Shown here piece after piece: positions 21,649-34,559 of a stretch of DNA of 64,000 nt. Position 1 is the stretch's first letter, and each line of letters opens with the position of its first letter. The stretch is taken from assembly GCF_030028105.1 (NCBI RefSeq), contig NC_092379.1, forward strand, positions 25,103,821-25,167,820. The letters run 5' to 3'. Origin of the DNA: Mobula birostris. Taxonomy: Eukaryota. The position numbers were made by a program, and so were the translations under genes. The notes below the pieces were generated by a model. That model saw only the letters and a list, made by a program, of their open reading frames with translations. It was not told the origin of the DNA and did not search any database.

Positions 21649-23640
21649 GATAGGGAGGGCGGAACAAAGGGCAGAAGGGTGGCATTACGGGTCAGGGATA
21701 CTAGAACAGCAACAGAAAGAGTGGGTAATGTAGCAGGATCCTCTTTTGAGTCAGTATGGGTAGAAGTCAGGAACAGGAAGGGAGCAGTTACTCTATTGGT
21801 GGTATTTTATAGGCCCACTGGTAGCAGCAGTGTGGGGCATATTTTGGAAAGGTGCAAAAATAACAGAGTTGTTATCGTGGGTGACTTCAACTTCCCTAAT
21901 ATTGATTGGCACCTGATTAGTTCCAAGGGTTTAGATGGGGCAAAGTTTGTTAAGTGTGTCCAGGCCGGATTCATATAACAGTATGTGGACAGGCCGACTA
22001 GGGCGAATCTCATACTAGATCATGTACAAGCTAATGAACCGGGTCAGGTCACAGATCTCTCAGTGTGTTAGCATCTGGGGGACAGTGACCACCGCTCCCT
22101 GGCCTTTAGCATTTTCATGGAAAAGCATAGAATCAGAGAGGACAGGATTTTTTTTTTTTAATTGATGAAGGGAAAGTTAGAGGCTGTTAGGCTCGAACAT
22201 GCGGGTGTGAATTGGGAATATGTTTTTTTGCCGGGAAATATATCATGGACATGTGATCGATGTTCAGAGATCTCTTGCAGGATATTAGGGATACATTTGT
22301 CCCGGTGAGGAAGATAAAAACTGGTAGGGTGAAGGAACCATGGGTGACAAGTGAGGTGGAAAATCTAGTCAGGTGGACGAAGGCAGCATACATGAGGTTT
22401 AGGAAGCAGGGATCAGATGGGTCTATTGAGGAATATAGGGAAGGATGAAAGGAGCCTAAAATGGGGCTGTGGAAGTCAAGAAGCGGGCATGAGAAGGCCT
22501 TGGCGAGTAGGGTAAAGGAAAACTCCAAGGCATTCTTCAATTATGTGAAGTAAAAATGGATGACAGGATTGAAGGTAGGGCCGATTAGGGATGAAGGTGG
22601 GAAGATGTGCCTGGAGGGTCTGGAAGTGAACAAGGTCCTCAATGAATACTTCTCTTCTGTATTTACCAATGAGAGGGAACTTGATCATGGTGAGGACAAT
22701 ATGAATGGGGTTGATGTTCCGGAGCATGTTGATTTTAAGGGAGAGGAGGTGTTGGAGTTGTTAAAATGCATTAGGACGGGTAAGTCCACGGGACCTGACG
22801 GAATATTCCCCAGGCTGCTCCACGAGGCGAGGGAAGAGATTGCCAAGCCTCTGGCTAGGATCTTTATTTCCTCATTATCCACGGGAATTCTACTGGAGTA
22901 TTGGAGGGAGGCGAATATTGTCCCCTTGTTCAAAAAAGTTAGATGGAGCTCAACCCGGAGAAGTGTGAGGTGGTACACTTTGGAAGAACAAACTCCAAGG
23001 CAGGGTACAAAGTAAATGACAGGATGCTTGGTAGTGTGGAGGAGCAGAGGGATCTCGGGTACTTGTCCACAGATCCCTGAATGTTGCCTCACAGGTAGAT
23101 AGGGTCATTAAGAAAGCGAATGGGGTGTTAGCTTTCATAAGTCGAAGGATAGAGTTTAAGAGTCGCGATGTAAAGATGCAGCTCTATAAAACTCTAGTTA
23201 ACCCACGCTTAGAGTATTGTGTCCAGTTCTGGTCGCCTCACTACATGGAGGATGTTGAAGCATTGGAAAGGGTACAGAGGAGATTTACAAGAATGCTGCC
23301 TGGTTTAGATTGTATGCATTATGATCAGAGATTGAGGGAGCTAGGGCTTTACTCTTTGGATAGGAGGATGAGAGGAGACATGATAGAGGTATACAAGATA
23401 ATAAGAGGAATAGATAGTGTGGATAGCCAGCGCCTCTTCCCCAGGGCACCGCTGCTCAATACAAGAGGACATGGCTTTAAGGTAAGGGGTGGGACGTTCA
23501 AGGGGATATTAGAGGAAGGTTTTTTTTTTTTTTATTCTGAGAGTGGTGCGTGGAATGCACTGCCTGAGTCAGTGGTGGTAGCTGATACATTAGTGATTTT
23601 CAGAGACTACTAGACAAGTATATTGAGGAATTTAAGGTGG
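21649..23640 (+). mobile_element. Second CR1 subfamily copy, 5'-truncated, RT core deleted
   Basis: Endonuclease VWVEVRNRKG...VGDFNFPNIDW and KSTGPDGIFPRLL are present. At ~22928 the sequence jumps from ANIVPLFKK directly to a QMELNPEKCEVVHFG-like segment. The C-terminus is in ORF 23125-23613. Confidence 0.9.
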
Positions 23641-25689
23641 GTCTTATTATCAGTAATTCCTTTCAAACTCGTTAGCCATCACTTCAGGAACGTGGCTTTA
23701 AAATCATCCGGATCAGGCGACGTATGACGTTTCCTAAGAAACTTCTCTCTAATAACTGTAACTTTACACACTTCATTACCTCTGAGGCTTGCAACTTCCG
23801 GCAAACACTGGTGCCTTCCACAGTGAAGACTGATGTACGATATTTATTATATTAATTGCCATTTCCTTGCTCCCCGTTATTACCTCTCCAGCATCATTTT
23901 CCAGTCTTTCATTATCCAATCATGCCTCTCTTTGACAGTATATATATACTTCAACATCCGGAAATCCCAACAGAAGGGAACACGAACAAGCTGTTAGTTC
24001 CAACTGATCTGGACCGATCAGGGTAACTGTGATAGCTTGACACTTTTGTCTTTGCCTTGTCAATATACAATATAAGACACATACTTATTTTACGTGAACA
24101 TCGGGGAGAGGCTAAAGTTTGCGGCAGAGTGCGATTTTGTGCAGTCCATCAATCATGCAGTTTAATTCCTCCTTCTCATATGTCGTCTTTTATTTTCAAG
24201 GTTGCTGGGTTCTTCGGAATTTGTTATCACCAGCTGAACTCAAACTGTACATGTTCACGGTGCTAACCTCCCCCTCTCGGAGCTTGCTGAGTGCCATCAC
24301 GTTTCGTTATTCCCAGGTGTGGCATGGACACCGGCACCTTCGGAGTGTGGCACTGCCGCCCTGCGGTGGAACCGATCTCAATCCAGTTTCGTCGATTAAA
24401 CCGACGCGGGACAGCAGACTGATTTGTTCATTCACTTTCCTCACCTCCAGTTTGCAGAATGCAAGTTTAACCTTTTCTCTTCCGAAATTGTCCTTGAGTA
24501 CAGAGGATGCCTGTTTCTCATCAAAAGACAACAGGAAGAGCAACTTTAATGCCGCTTCGCACACTGCCTTACTGCATTGTTACGAGAAGTACGTTGATGG
24601 TTTTGGGGTTTCTCAAAGCTATTTGTATATCCCACCATTTCCATTGGTTAGTTGCATTACGAAGGCCTTGCTTTGTTACATTATCTTAATATCTATTCTA
24701 TAGAGATTATTACGTTTTTCTGCGTCACCTCATAAGCTTCCTCTGGTGTTCTGTTCCCTCCCCCCCACCCCACCCCACACCAGCCCACTTCATACTAAGG
24801 CATTCCCAAGCTGCTAAGTTCATTGCGCACTGATCTTTTCCCTAATGTGCTGATGAGACTTAGAACCCGGGAGCATTGAAAGGAAATCAGGTAGAATGAA
24901 TTAGCCGTGTGATGTGATTACTCGGTGCACAGAAGGTCCTGCTTAATAACTCTGTTTCTCTTTACCCTCTCTTAAGTTACCACAATGAAGCTGAAGTGTA
25001 TTCGCACAGACAACTCAGCCATCAGAAAAAAAGCATGTATATTAAATATTCATTCTCTGCAATTCTGCTCTTGTTGTATTCATTACTGAGCACGTCAATG
25101 CCCGTGTGTCCTGAATCAGGCATCGTCCATGAGCTCTGCTTAATTTCTGAGAGAAAAAAAAAAACTACTACATATTCCAATACACATTGCAGCTGCGATT
25201 TCTAAAATATTCCATCTAATTAAAAAAAAACTTTACGTACCGCAGAACGGTTTCCTGAACAAAGAGCAGAAATTCAATCCCTATTTTCATCAACGTTCAT
25301 TGCAGTACGACGTACTTTGCTGTACTATGTTCATCAATTTAAGATATCTCCATTGAAGAAAGGTGAATTCTTCACTCTACAATTTACTGTTTTCGACAGT
25401 TGTTACAGTATTTCCCAATACAATTCGGCGTAACTGCGGGAACCCACACTGGATCTACCTATCAGGGACCATGTGGATTCAAGGGCTCAACTGTTTAAAA
25501 CGTGATTTTGCTGATCTCATCATGACGATTAGGCTTTTCTTCGCACAACTCTTCCAACCCAATTGCGCACGTCGAAAGTTTGATTAACAGGACTGGATGT
25601 TACAATCCCTAAAGTTTCTGCAGTGCACTTGACTTGAGTGGAAGTACTTCTTAAAGATGAGCACTGGATGATGTTACTACCATCACGAC

Positions 25690-26640
25690 ACATCTTGAGT
25701 TTTGTACCTCGACATTACTGGGTGTTTTGGCCTTTTATCTAAAGACACCCTCAGCCGAGGCACGCCCACGACAGGCTGATCAGACCTGTGTGTATGTCAC
25801 ATGGTCAGTCTCTAGATGGTCACCAGGCAGCCCAGACCGCATCCCTTCTTTTCAGCCAAAGACAGTGACTGCCCATTTCGGCTGCATTAACAAGTGCTTT
25901 GATTGCCTTGCTGTGGGCCTGCCTACTGTCCCCTACTTCCTTCAGTAGACTTACAGTGGAACTGGCTACAAAGCCCCTGAACCCCAGTTCAAAAGGGCTC
26001 ACTTTTACGTTGCAGCCTCTCTCCTCTGCTTCAGCTGCGAGGTTGGCCTATCTCTGCCTTTTCCGTTCTTAAACTTCATCCACACCATTCTCCCAGGTGA
26101 CCGTCAGCGCAATAATAAAGACGCGGACGGGAGTTGGACCAAAGGACCAGGTCAAGTTGCAGGTTGGTCGTTGCAATTTCAGTTGGGAAGGTACGTTTCT
26201 GGCCTAAATCAACATTCATTTCCCAGCCCCTGGCTGCACTCAGTGGATATGAGGCGTGAAGTAAGAGGTTAGCAACCGTTTTCTCTCCTTCCCGGACGAA
26301 GGATTGTAGTTGTGGGACCGTCTGAGCATTGAGAGGCCTGTCGTTGGTGGTTACTCTCTTACATTCAAGTTCAGCTGCCAAACACCTCAGCACTTGGTTG
26401 TGTCGCAGGTTGCATCTGCCTTGTATCATGTTTGTCTTGCAACTGACCAAGATGTGCTTGACTGATGCCGGAACTGCGCACACAGGACAGGGGGGATCCT
26501 CTCCCAGACAAAGATTTAGTTTTGCAGGAGAGGGAAGGGAATCATATGTTGCTCTGATGATGAAGCTGAATCTGCTTCACTCCAAGCTTCACAGCTCACT
26601 CCTGTGAAGAGCATTCACCCTTACATTGCCTTATCCGTGC
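25690..26640 (-). mobile_element. Hero/NeSL-type (restriction-like endonuclease) non-LTR retrotransposon, 3' fragment
   Basis: CAVPASVKHILVSC...QGRCNLRHNQVL (CCHC knuckle), WEMNVDL...FPTEIATTNLQLDLVLWS (RPD motif, decayed) and PFELGFRGFVASS...AAEMGSHCLWLKRR. Confidence 0.75.
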
Positions 26641-27099
26641 CTGCTGAATCACATCACTTAAATGATAACTGCAGCGTATTCCAGTCTCTCATCTGGCAGT
26701 GCAGAACAGATGTTAAACGTAATCGGTGATTAGAAGGCAGCGTCTTGGGTCTATTGATAAGATGCTCATAATCGCCTTAGGTCAATGTCCTCCGACTTTA
26801 ATCTCACAATCTTGGGAAAACAGTCAATCTTCTCCTACTTCGTTTTCACTGTCATGGGAAAACCATTCATACGGTAATTTAGGTCAATGATAAGTAGACC
26901 GCTTTCGATTATGTTGGGCTTGTTGGGGAGGGATGGGGAGGGGTTGTTGCGCCGTTTACTGCCAGCTGTGAAGGTCAGGAGAAACAGAGCAGGTCCATAT
27001 AATCATACTCGTGTATCACGAGCAGGCAGAAGATTTGATACTTAAGACTCAAAAGCAGAATGAGAATACGTTTTAATATCACCTGCATGTGACGTACAA

Positions 27100-27720
27100 T
27101 GCGTTAACTTAGCAGTACTAGTTAGATCCAATACATAATTTAGAAGACAAAAACACAAAATATAATAAAATAACAGCAAAATGATAATGGTTTAATGACA
27201 AAGTGGGAAAATCAATTGCCATATAGGTATATTGAGGAGATTAAAATCGTGAAAACAAAAAAAAAACAGAAGTAGTACAATTAAAAACGTGAGGTAGCGT
27301 CCAAAATTCCAATGTCCATTTAGCAATCGGATGGCAGAGGTGATGAAGCTGTTCCTGAATCGCTGATTGCGTGCCGTCAGGATCCTGTACCCCAAGCCTG
27401 TTGTTAACAGTGAGAAAAGAGCATGCCCTTGGTGCTGGAGATCCTTTATATTGGACGCTGCCTTTCTGAGACATCGATTCTTGAAGATTTCCAGGATAAT
27501 TTGTAGACTAGTACCAGAAGGAGCAGACTAAATTTACAACCCTCTACAGCTTCTTTCAGTCCGGTATAAAAACGCCCCCCCCCCCACCGCCCATGCCAGA
27601 AAGTGATGCAGCCTCTCAGAATTCTCTTCAGAGTATATATATGCAGAGGTTTTTGATTTTTTTTTTTTGACATATTGACATCAAAGACAAAACTGTATGC
27701 AGACAATTTGAGGAGGTACT
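27100..27720 (-). mobile_element. Rex1/Babar LINE 3' end
   Basis: ORF 27192-27395 YRILTARNQRFRNSFITSAIRLLN, the typical Rex C-terminus. Confidence 0.75.
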
Positions 27721-28150
27721 AGAGAACAGTTTTTGGGAGCCATGGAACAGACGAAAACCAGGACTTCTACGGAAGTAATGTCCCTCTTACTACCTCTGCC
27801 GCGTTGCAACACAACGAGGGATGTTATGAGTTGGCAGAGCTGGGATGATCTCAAAGCACAGATCAGTACGTGGAACTACGATGTTGTGGCCGTTATTGAA
27901 ACTTAGCTGGAGGAAGGGCAGGATTCACTGTTGTAGGTACGGGGGATTAGGTGTTTTAAAATGAATAAGATGGGAGGCAGAAATGGGGGTGGCGGTGGAG
28001 TTACATTACTGGTCAGAGGTAGTATCATGGCTGCAGAAAGGGAGGACGCTGCAGAGGGATTGTCCACTAAGTTAGTCTGGGTGGAAGTCAGAAACTGATC
28101 TCAGTGGCTGAGAAGTTATTGGAGGCGATTTTAAAGATGAGTTTTCCGGT
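27720..28150 (+). mobile_element. CR1 endonuclease fragment
   Basis: Decayed WNYDVVAVIET-W and GGGVTLLV...VWVEVRN segments. Confidence 0.6.
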
Positions 28151-28229
28151 ACAGAGCCACATGATTGAAAAAAAAAGAAGAAGAAGAAACAGCATTCGCA
28201 TGATTACCTAAAAAATAAAATGTTCTATT

Positions 28230-28640
28230 CGGTGGGAGAAAGAAAGGAAAGGTATGACAGTTTTACAAGCAATGATAGCGAGATCTATGAAAGGCAGGGT
28301 AGTGTCAGAAATGTATAAGTTAACTTTGAGGGAAGGGAAGAATTTTTAATGAAAGTGAATGCATGTCAACGAGTTCTTCATGGGTGCAGGGAGCAGCAGC
28401 AATACAGTCATCGATGTAGCGTAGGAATACTGGGGGGCAGCCACCAGAGGAGGCTTAGAAAATGAACACTTTCATGTAGGCGACAAAAAAACAGGCATCG
28501 CTGGGAACCATGCGAGTATCCATGGCTAGACATTTTGGTGGAAGCAAGTGGGAGAAACCAAAAGAGTAATTTTTAACCATGGGAACAGGGTCCGCTAGAT
28601 ATGGCATTCTAGTGGTGGAGAGTAACTGCCTCGGTCCAGC
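28230..28640 (-). mobile_element. Penelope-like element RT fragment
   Basis: The minus strand reads GCCATGGATACTCGCATGGTTCCCAGC (AMGTRMGPSYA-like) and TTCCTACGCTACATCGATGACTGTATT (FLRYIDDCI). Confidence 0.8.
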
Positions 28641-28659
28641 GTCAAGAAATAAATGGGGT

Positions 28660-29120
28660 GCTTTGGGGCTTTCTGGGTGATTTTTCCAACTTTAGGTACT
28701 GCTTTCCGCCCTCACTGAAGATTCTCCATCCTCTGTTCCCTTTCTCACTTTGTCCCCTTCCTTGCCCATCACCTTGCTCTACAGCTCCATACCCGTTTCC
28801 TTCTTTCATTGGTTTCTTTACTCTGCTATTAGATTTCTCCTTCTTCAGCACTGTATCTATTTCACAAAGGTACTACCTAGCTCTTTAACCACCCCGACAC
28901 GATTCGAGTTCCACCTATCATCTCGTGTTTCTCCCTCTCCTCCGCTCACCTTTTCCCTCTACTCCTCATCTTTTTCTCCCCCCAGACGTGCTGAAGGGAC
29001 CCAGCCTGAAATGTCATTTGAACACTTTTCCATAGATGTTGCCTGGCCTGTTGCGTTCCTGAATCGGTTTCGTGCGCCTCTAGGATTCCCAGCATTGCAG
29101 ATTTTCTTGTGTTTGCGACA
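28660..29120 (+). mobile_element. Penelope-like element 3' end/pseudo-LTR, inverted relative to the adjacent RT fragment
   Basis: A DFSNFR-like ORF end, a pyrimidine-rich UTR, and CTGAAGGGACCCAGCCTGAAATGTC...CATAGATGTTGCCTGGCCTG terminal motif. Confidence 0.65.
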
Positions 29121-29354
29121 CAAAGGAAAATAGTTTTTTTTTGTTGCGTAATCGGACATTCAGAAAACATTTGACAAGGTGCCGCACAGGAGTTTGCTTA
29201 ACAAGACCAAAGCCTATCGTATTACAGGAAAGATACCTGTTAAATATGCAACCTTTTTTTACCGGGTATCTCCAGAGACGAGTCTTGTCACCACTCTTTA
29301 ACAGCCAACAGAATCACCGGTGAGAAAAAAAAAAAAAAAAAAAAAAAAACACCT

Positions 29355-30104
29355 TGTTAGTCTACGGACTTCTAACGTCGATATGATTTGGAGCCCGCCA
29401 AACCAATGACGTTGAGATGTTAAACCCACCCGAAACCCTATCTGTCCGAATACTCTGTAATTTTTGCCACCGTGCAATCGCAATAAGTTACAGACAGTAC
29501 ATTTCATACAATTATGAAGAAAGTATATTTATTAATATTAGGTTAACTAAACAATTTGGAAAGAAAAGAACAAAAAAAAAGTCCATAATAATTAAACAAT
29601 CAAATGTGCACATTAACTGGAGCTTATCCTGAAGTTGCCCTTTACTCACGATCTGGACTCTAAGTACGCGTGAAAACACACACCACTCTCCGGAATTCGC
29701 TTGACATCCATCTCGAAAAATGGGCTACGCCAACCGGGTATTCGTCCTTCCGCGTTGAAGCCATTGTGCTGCACAAAGCACGTTGTGCAGCAGGGCTGCT
29801 ATCCTGAGCCATCTTCTTTGCTGTCTTCTCTCAGGTTCCACCAAAAAGACCTCGACCTACACAAGTGTCCGTCACAAAGAAAACTCTCCGCCCAGCGTTC
29901 ACTAGATCCTTCTCGCAATTCCACCATCTGTATTGACAAACACAATATTCCTAAGTTGAACAACAGAGCTCCCGATGTTGCTTAAATGCAAAGAGGATAA
30001 TTGCACAACAGGCTGCACTTACAGAAGTGCTCATATGAAATGCCTACAGAATAGCAGTGAAAATCTTGACCAAGGAGCCTTAAAAACCTGCAGTACCCTG
30101 AACA
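29355..30104. mobile_element. Probable solo LTR of a second family
   Basis: Begins TGTTAG and ends ...AACA. It shares TGTTAAACCC, ATATTTA and AGCTGGAG blocks with 33031-34320. No TSD found. Confidence 0.35.
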
Positions 30105-30469
30105 ATCGAAATGAGGGCAATAAGAATGTGTTTTTTGGAGGTCAATTGAAACATGTATTTAATGTAAACGCATTTCACAGTTGTCTCAGTTATTCTGGGG
30201 CTCTGTTTATCCCTGTGCGAATAAACCACATTTAGATCGAAATGCAGGTTTTCTATTCGATGTGTTCTCCTCCCATTCCACAAAATTTAATTTCCTCATT
30301 CGTATTACCAATTTTTCTCCTTAACATATAATGCCTTTCCGTCACAGCAAATGTGAACATGAGTTCCCCTTCCAATACGTCAATGTGAGAGGGCACTATT
30401 TTGCATAAGGGTATCACAATGATGTTCGTTTCATGTCACTCTTTAGATAGTGCAGCACTGAACTGTTTT

Positions 30470-31030
30470 TAGTCATAGTCATAGTCATAGTCATAGTCAT
30501 ACTTTATTGATCCCGGTGGAAATTGGTTTTCGTTATAGTTGCACCATAAATAATATATAGTAATAGAACCATAAATAGTTAAATAGTACTGTGTACATTA
30601 TGCCAGTAAATTATTAACTAAGTCCAGGACCAGATTATTGGCTCAGGGTGTCTGAATCTCCAAGGAAGGAGTTGTAAAATTTGATGGCCATAGGCAAAAA
30701 AGACTTCCTATGGCTCTCTGTGCTTCATCTCGGTGGAATGAGTTTCTGGCTGAATGTAATCCTGTGCCCACCCAGTATATTATGTAGAGGATGGCAGACT
30801 TGACCAACTTGGCATGCAACTTAGACAGCATCATCTTTTCAGACACTACCGTGAGAAAGTCCAGTTCCGACCCCACAACATTACTGGCCAAACGAATGAG
30901 TTTGTTGATTCTGTTGGTGTCTGCTACCCTCAGCCTGCTGCTTCAGCACACAACAGCAAACATGATAGCACTGGCCACCACAGACTCAACTTCTTCGAAT
31001 TTATCTGAAACCCCTCTCGTTTCTCTGATA
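30470..31030 (-). mobile_element. Rex1 LINE 3' end with (ATGACT)n tail
   Basis: ORF 30643-30891 VVGSELDFLTVVSEKMMLSKL; TAGTCATAGTCA... tail at 30473-30500. Confidence 0.8.
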
Positions 31031-31039
31031 AAGAAAACA

Positions 31040-33000
31040 GGGAGTTATATGAAATGTACAGGAAACAGGGGGTAAATCAGGTTCTTGAGGAGTATAAGAA
31101 GTGCAAGAAAATACTTAAGAAATAAATCAGGAGGGCTAAAAGAAGACATGAGGTTGCCTTGGCAGTCAAAGTGAAGGATAATCTAAAGAGCTTTTACAAG
31201 TATATTAAGAACAAAAGGATTGTAAGGGATAAAATTGGTCCTCTTGAAGATCAGAGCGGTCGGCTTTGTGCGGAACCAAAGGAAATGGGGGAGATCTTAA
31301 ATCGTTTTTTTGCGTCTGTATTTACTAAGGAAGCTGGCATGAAATCTATGGAATTGAGGGAATCAAGTAGTGAGACCATGGAAACGGTACAGATTGAAAA
31401 GGAGGAGGTGCTTGCTGTCTTGAGGAAAATTAAGGTGGATAAATCCCCGGGACCTGACAGAGTGCTCCCTCAAACCTTGAAGGACACTGGTGTTGAAATT
31501 GCGGGGGCCCTGGCAGAAATATTTAAAATGTCGCTGTCTATGGGTGAAGTGCCGAAGGATTGGAGATTGCTCATGTTGTTCCGTTGTTTAAAAAAAGATC
31601 GAAAAGTAATCCGGGAAATTATAGGCCGGTGGGTTTAACGTCAGTAGTAGGTAAATTATTGGAGGGAGTACTAAGAGAGAGAATCTAGAAGCATTTGGAT
31701 AGGCAGGGGCTTATTAGGGAGAGTCAACATGGCTTTGTGCGTGGTAGGTCATGTTTGATCAATCTGTTGGAGTTTTTCGAGGAGGTTACCGGGAAAGTGG
31801 ATGTGGATATTGCCTACATGGACTTCAGTAATGCATCTGACAAAGTCCCGCATGGGAGGTTAGTTAGGAAAATTCATTCGCTAGGTATACATGGAGAGGT
31901 GGTAAATTGGATTAGACATTGGCTCGATGGAAGAAGCCAGAGTGGTGGTAGAGAATTGCTTCTCTGAGTGGAGGCCTGTGCCTAGTGGTGTGTCACAGGG
32001 ATCAGTGCTGAATCCATTGCTATTTGTCATCTATATCAATGATTTCGATGATAATGTGGTAAATTGGATTAGGAAGTTTGCTGATGATACAAAGATTGGA
32101 GGTGTAGTAGACAGTGAGGAAGGTTTTCAGAGCCTGCAGAGGGAGTTGCACCAGCTGGAAAAATGGGCTGAAAAATGGCAGATGGAATTTAATAGTGACA
32201 AGTGTGAGGTACTGCACGTTGGAAGGACAAACCAACGTAGGACATACAGGGTTAATGGTAAGGCACTGAGGAGTGCAGTGGAACAGAGGGATCTGGGAAT
32301 ACAGATACAAAATTCCCTAAAAGTGTCGTCACAGGTAGATAGGGTCGTAAAGAGATCTTTTGATATATTGGCCTTTATTAATCAAAGTATTGAGTATAAG
32401 AACTGGAATGTTATGATGAGGTTGTATAAGGCATTGGTGAGGCCTAATCTGGAGTATTGTGTTCAGTTTTGGTCACCAAATTACAGGAAGGACATAAATA
32501 AGGTTGAAAGAGTGCAGAGAAGGTTTACAAGGATGTTGCCGGGACTTGAGAAACTCAGTTACAGAGAAAGGTTGAATAGGTTAGGACTTTATTCCCTGGA
32601 GCGTAGAAGAATGAGGGGAGATTTGATAGAGGTATATAAAATTATGATGGGTATAGATAGAGTGAATGCAATCAGGCTTTTTCCACTGAGGCAAGGGGAG
32701 AAAAACAAAACAGAGGACATGGGTTAACGGTGAGAGGGGAAAAGTTTAAAGGGAACATTAGGGGGGGTTTCTTCACACAGAGCGTGGTGGGAGTATGGGA
32801 TGAGCTTCCAGACCAGGTGGTAAATTCGGGTTGTTTTTTTTTAACATTTAAGAATAAATTGGACAGACACATGGATGGGAGGTGTATGGAGGGATATGGT
32901 CCTTGTGCAGGGCAGTGCGACTAGGCAGAAAATGGTTCGGCACAGACAAGAAGGGCCAAAGAGCCTGTTTCTGTGCTGTAGTTTCTATGGTTCTATGTAT
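31040..33000 (+). mobile_element. 5'-truncated CR1 LINE (RT to 3' tail), frameshifted
   Basis: KSPGPD, GFVRGRSCLINL, YMDFSNASDKV, QGSVLNP and FADDTK are present, with tail TTTCTATGGTTCTATG at ~32982. Confidence 0.92.
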
Positions 33001-33030
33001 GCGTATTTCCAGGTAATACACACTTCTGTC

Positions 33031-34320
33031 CTGTTAAACCCATGCGGTTGAGATCGCTGTCCCACCCCACAACTAGTTTGCGTGGAGCCTATGCAATTTG
33101 CTATCTTTTTAAAACCCATGGCCAATAAATAACAGACAGCTCACTGCATACGATTAAAGGAATTATATTTACGGAACTTTGCTAAAGAATTGGTAAAGAA
33201 AATACATATAAAATACAAAAATAGCTCATTATAATGTGAGAAAAAAACAAAACAAAAAAAAAAAGCTGGAGTTCAACTGTTTCCAAAATTAATACTCACC
33301 GATCCTCAGTCGATCTCGGCGCCTTGCTCTGTCCAGTCATGGCCTCCTACCAGCTCGAAAACGTGGAAACGTTTCCCAGTATGTTACATTCTATCCCTTC
33401 CAAAAAAATAAAAAAAAATCATGTCCTCATGACGTTGAGATAATTTTCCACACCTTCATACAAAGCAAAATATCCAATGCAAATGCAAATGGCAGTAATA
33501 TGTCTCACCAAAGGGATAGGTGTCACCTTCTATTTTTCGGGATCGACATAGGTCAGTCTGTCTCGAGGTTTCCTGACTAATTGAGACTGTCTTACCCCAT
33601 TATCTACTTCTTCTGCTTCAGGCACTATCTGTTTCCTTTCTTCTCTAGGTTTGGAGCTTACCCCCGTCCACTTCTGATGCCTCCTGGCAACTCAGGTCAG
33701 CTCGTCACAGGCCGAGCTCGCCTTCATTTCCTGTCAATTAAGAGTTCTGCCTCCCGTCACTTTTTTTAACGGGAAACCTGTCTGTCCACTGCTAATTCGG
33801 TCCTTTCACTCGGCTCAGCGTGAGAACTGTCCAATATCTCTTCATCAATTATTGGCGAGTTTGCAAATGGCAGCATATACCACATCCTCATTCCCTCATC
33901 TTCCGAGTCCATATCACATTCGGGGGGGGGGGGGGGGAGGTCCGGTCTAGTACTCTCCGCTGGTGGGCCTGTAGTTCCTCAATGTGTCTGCAAAGTGGTC
34001 TTGCTAGACATCAGGCCCAGGTCCGGCTCTGGATGAATACTTACCTCTTCCCGAGAAGTAGAAGGTGGTTTTGATGGAGAATGTTCAAACGTCCCTTCCC
34101 ATCCTGTGTTTTAACCCGGAAAACTGGCAGGCTTGGCATATGACTCTCTATACATAGAGCGTAAACGGAGTGTAGAGGGAAAAAACAAAACAAAACAAAG
34201 CAAAACGAAAAAAATCAACAACAACTAAACCCAATATTGGCCTTAAAATAAATTCAGAGTATACCTCGGCTAAATATTCCGTAATCAGTTGAACGACGGA
34301 TTGTTCACAGCAAAACAGGT
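33031..34320. mobile_element. Probable solo LTR related to 29355-30104
   Basis: Shared blocks (TGTTAAACCC, AATTATATTTA, AGCTGGAG); boundaries uncertain. Confidence 0.3.
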
Positions 34321-34559
34321 TTTCCAAGCCTGACGTCGGCAGTTCAATAACATCAAATTACATTTATTGTAATAGACGTTGGGACTCTAAGGCGACGTTA
34401 ATCCTTTATGATGAATGCTGTTGGTTTGATCTTTGTTTTTCTATTTTAACAGCCCTGTTTTGAGTACAGCCATTGGGGGTGAGATGCGGGAGTGACGTCT
34501 CCGTTGCTCATTGGGCAGAGTGAATTGATCCACAGTTGCTGTTGTTTTTTTTTTTCATT

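Noticed and set aside
24430-24520. V-FR3-like ASLTFS...TEDACF and J-like FGREKVKL (opposite strand)
   Set aside because: Spacing does not fit the Ig fold, there is no YYC or FGxG, and no RSS.
25036-25205. Signal-peptide-like MYIKYSFSAILLLLYSLLS (plus)
   Set aside because: AT-rich short ORF with no convincing donor or downstream exon; likely chance.
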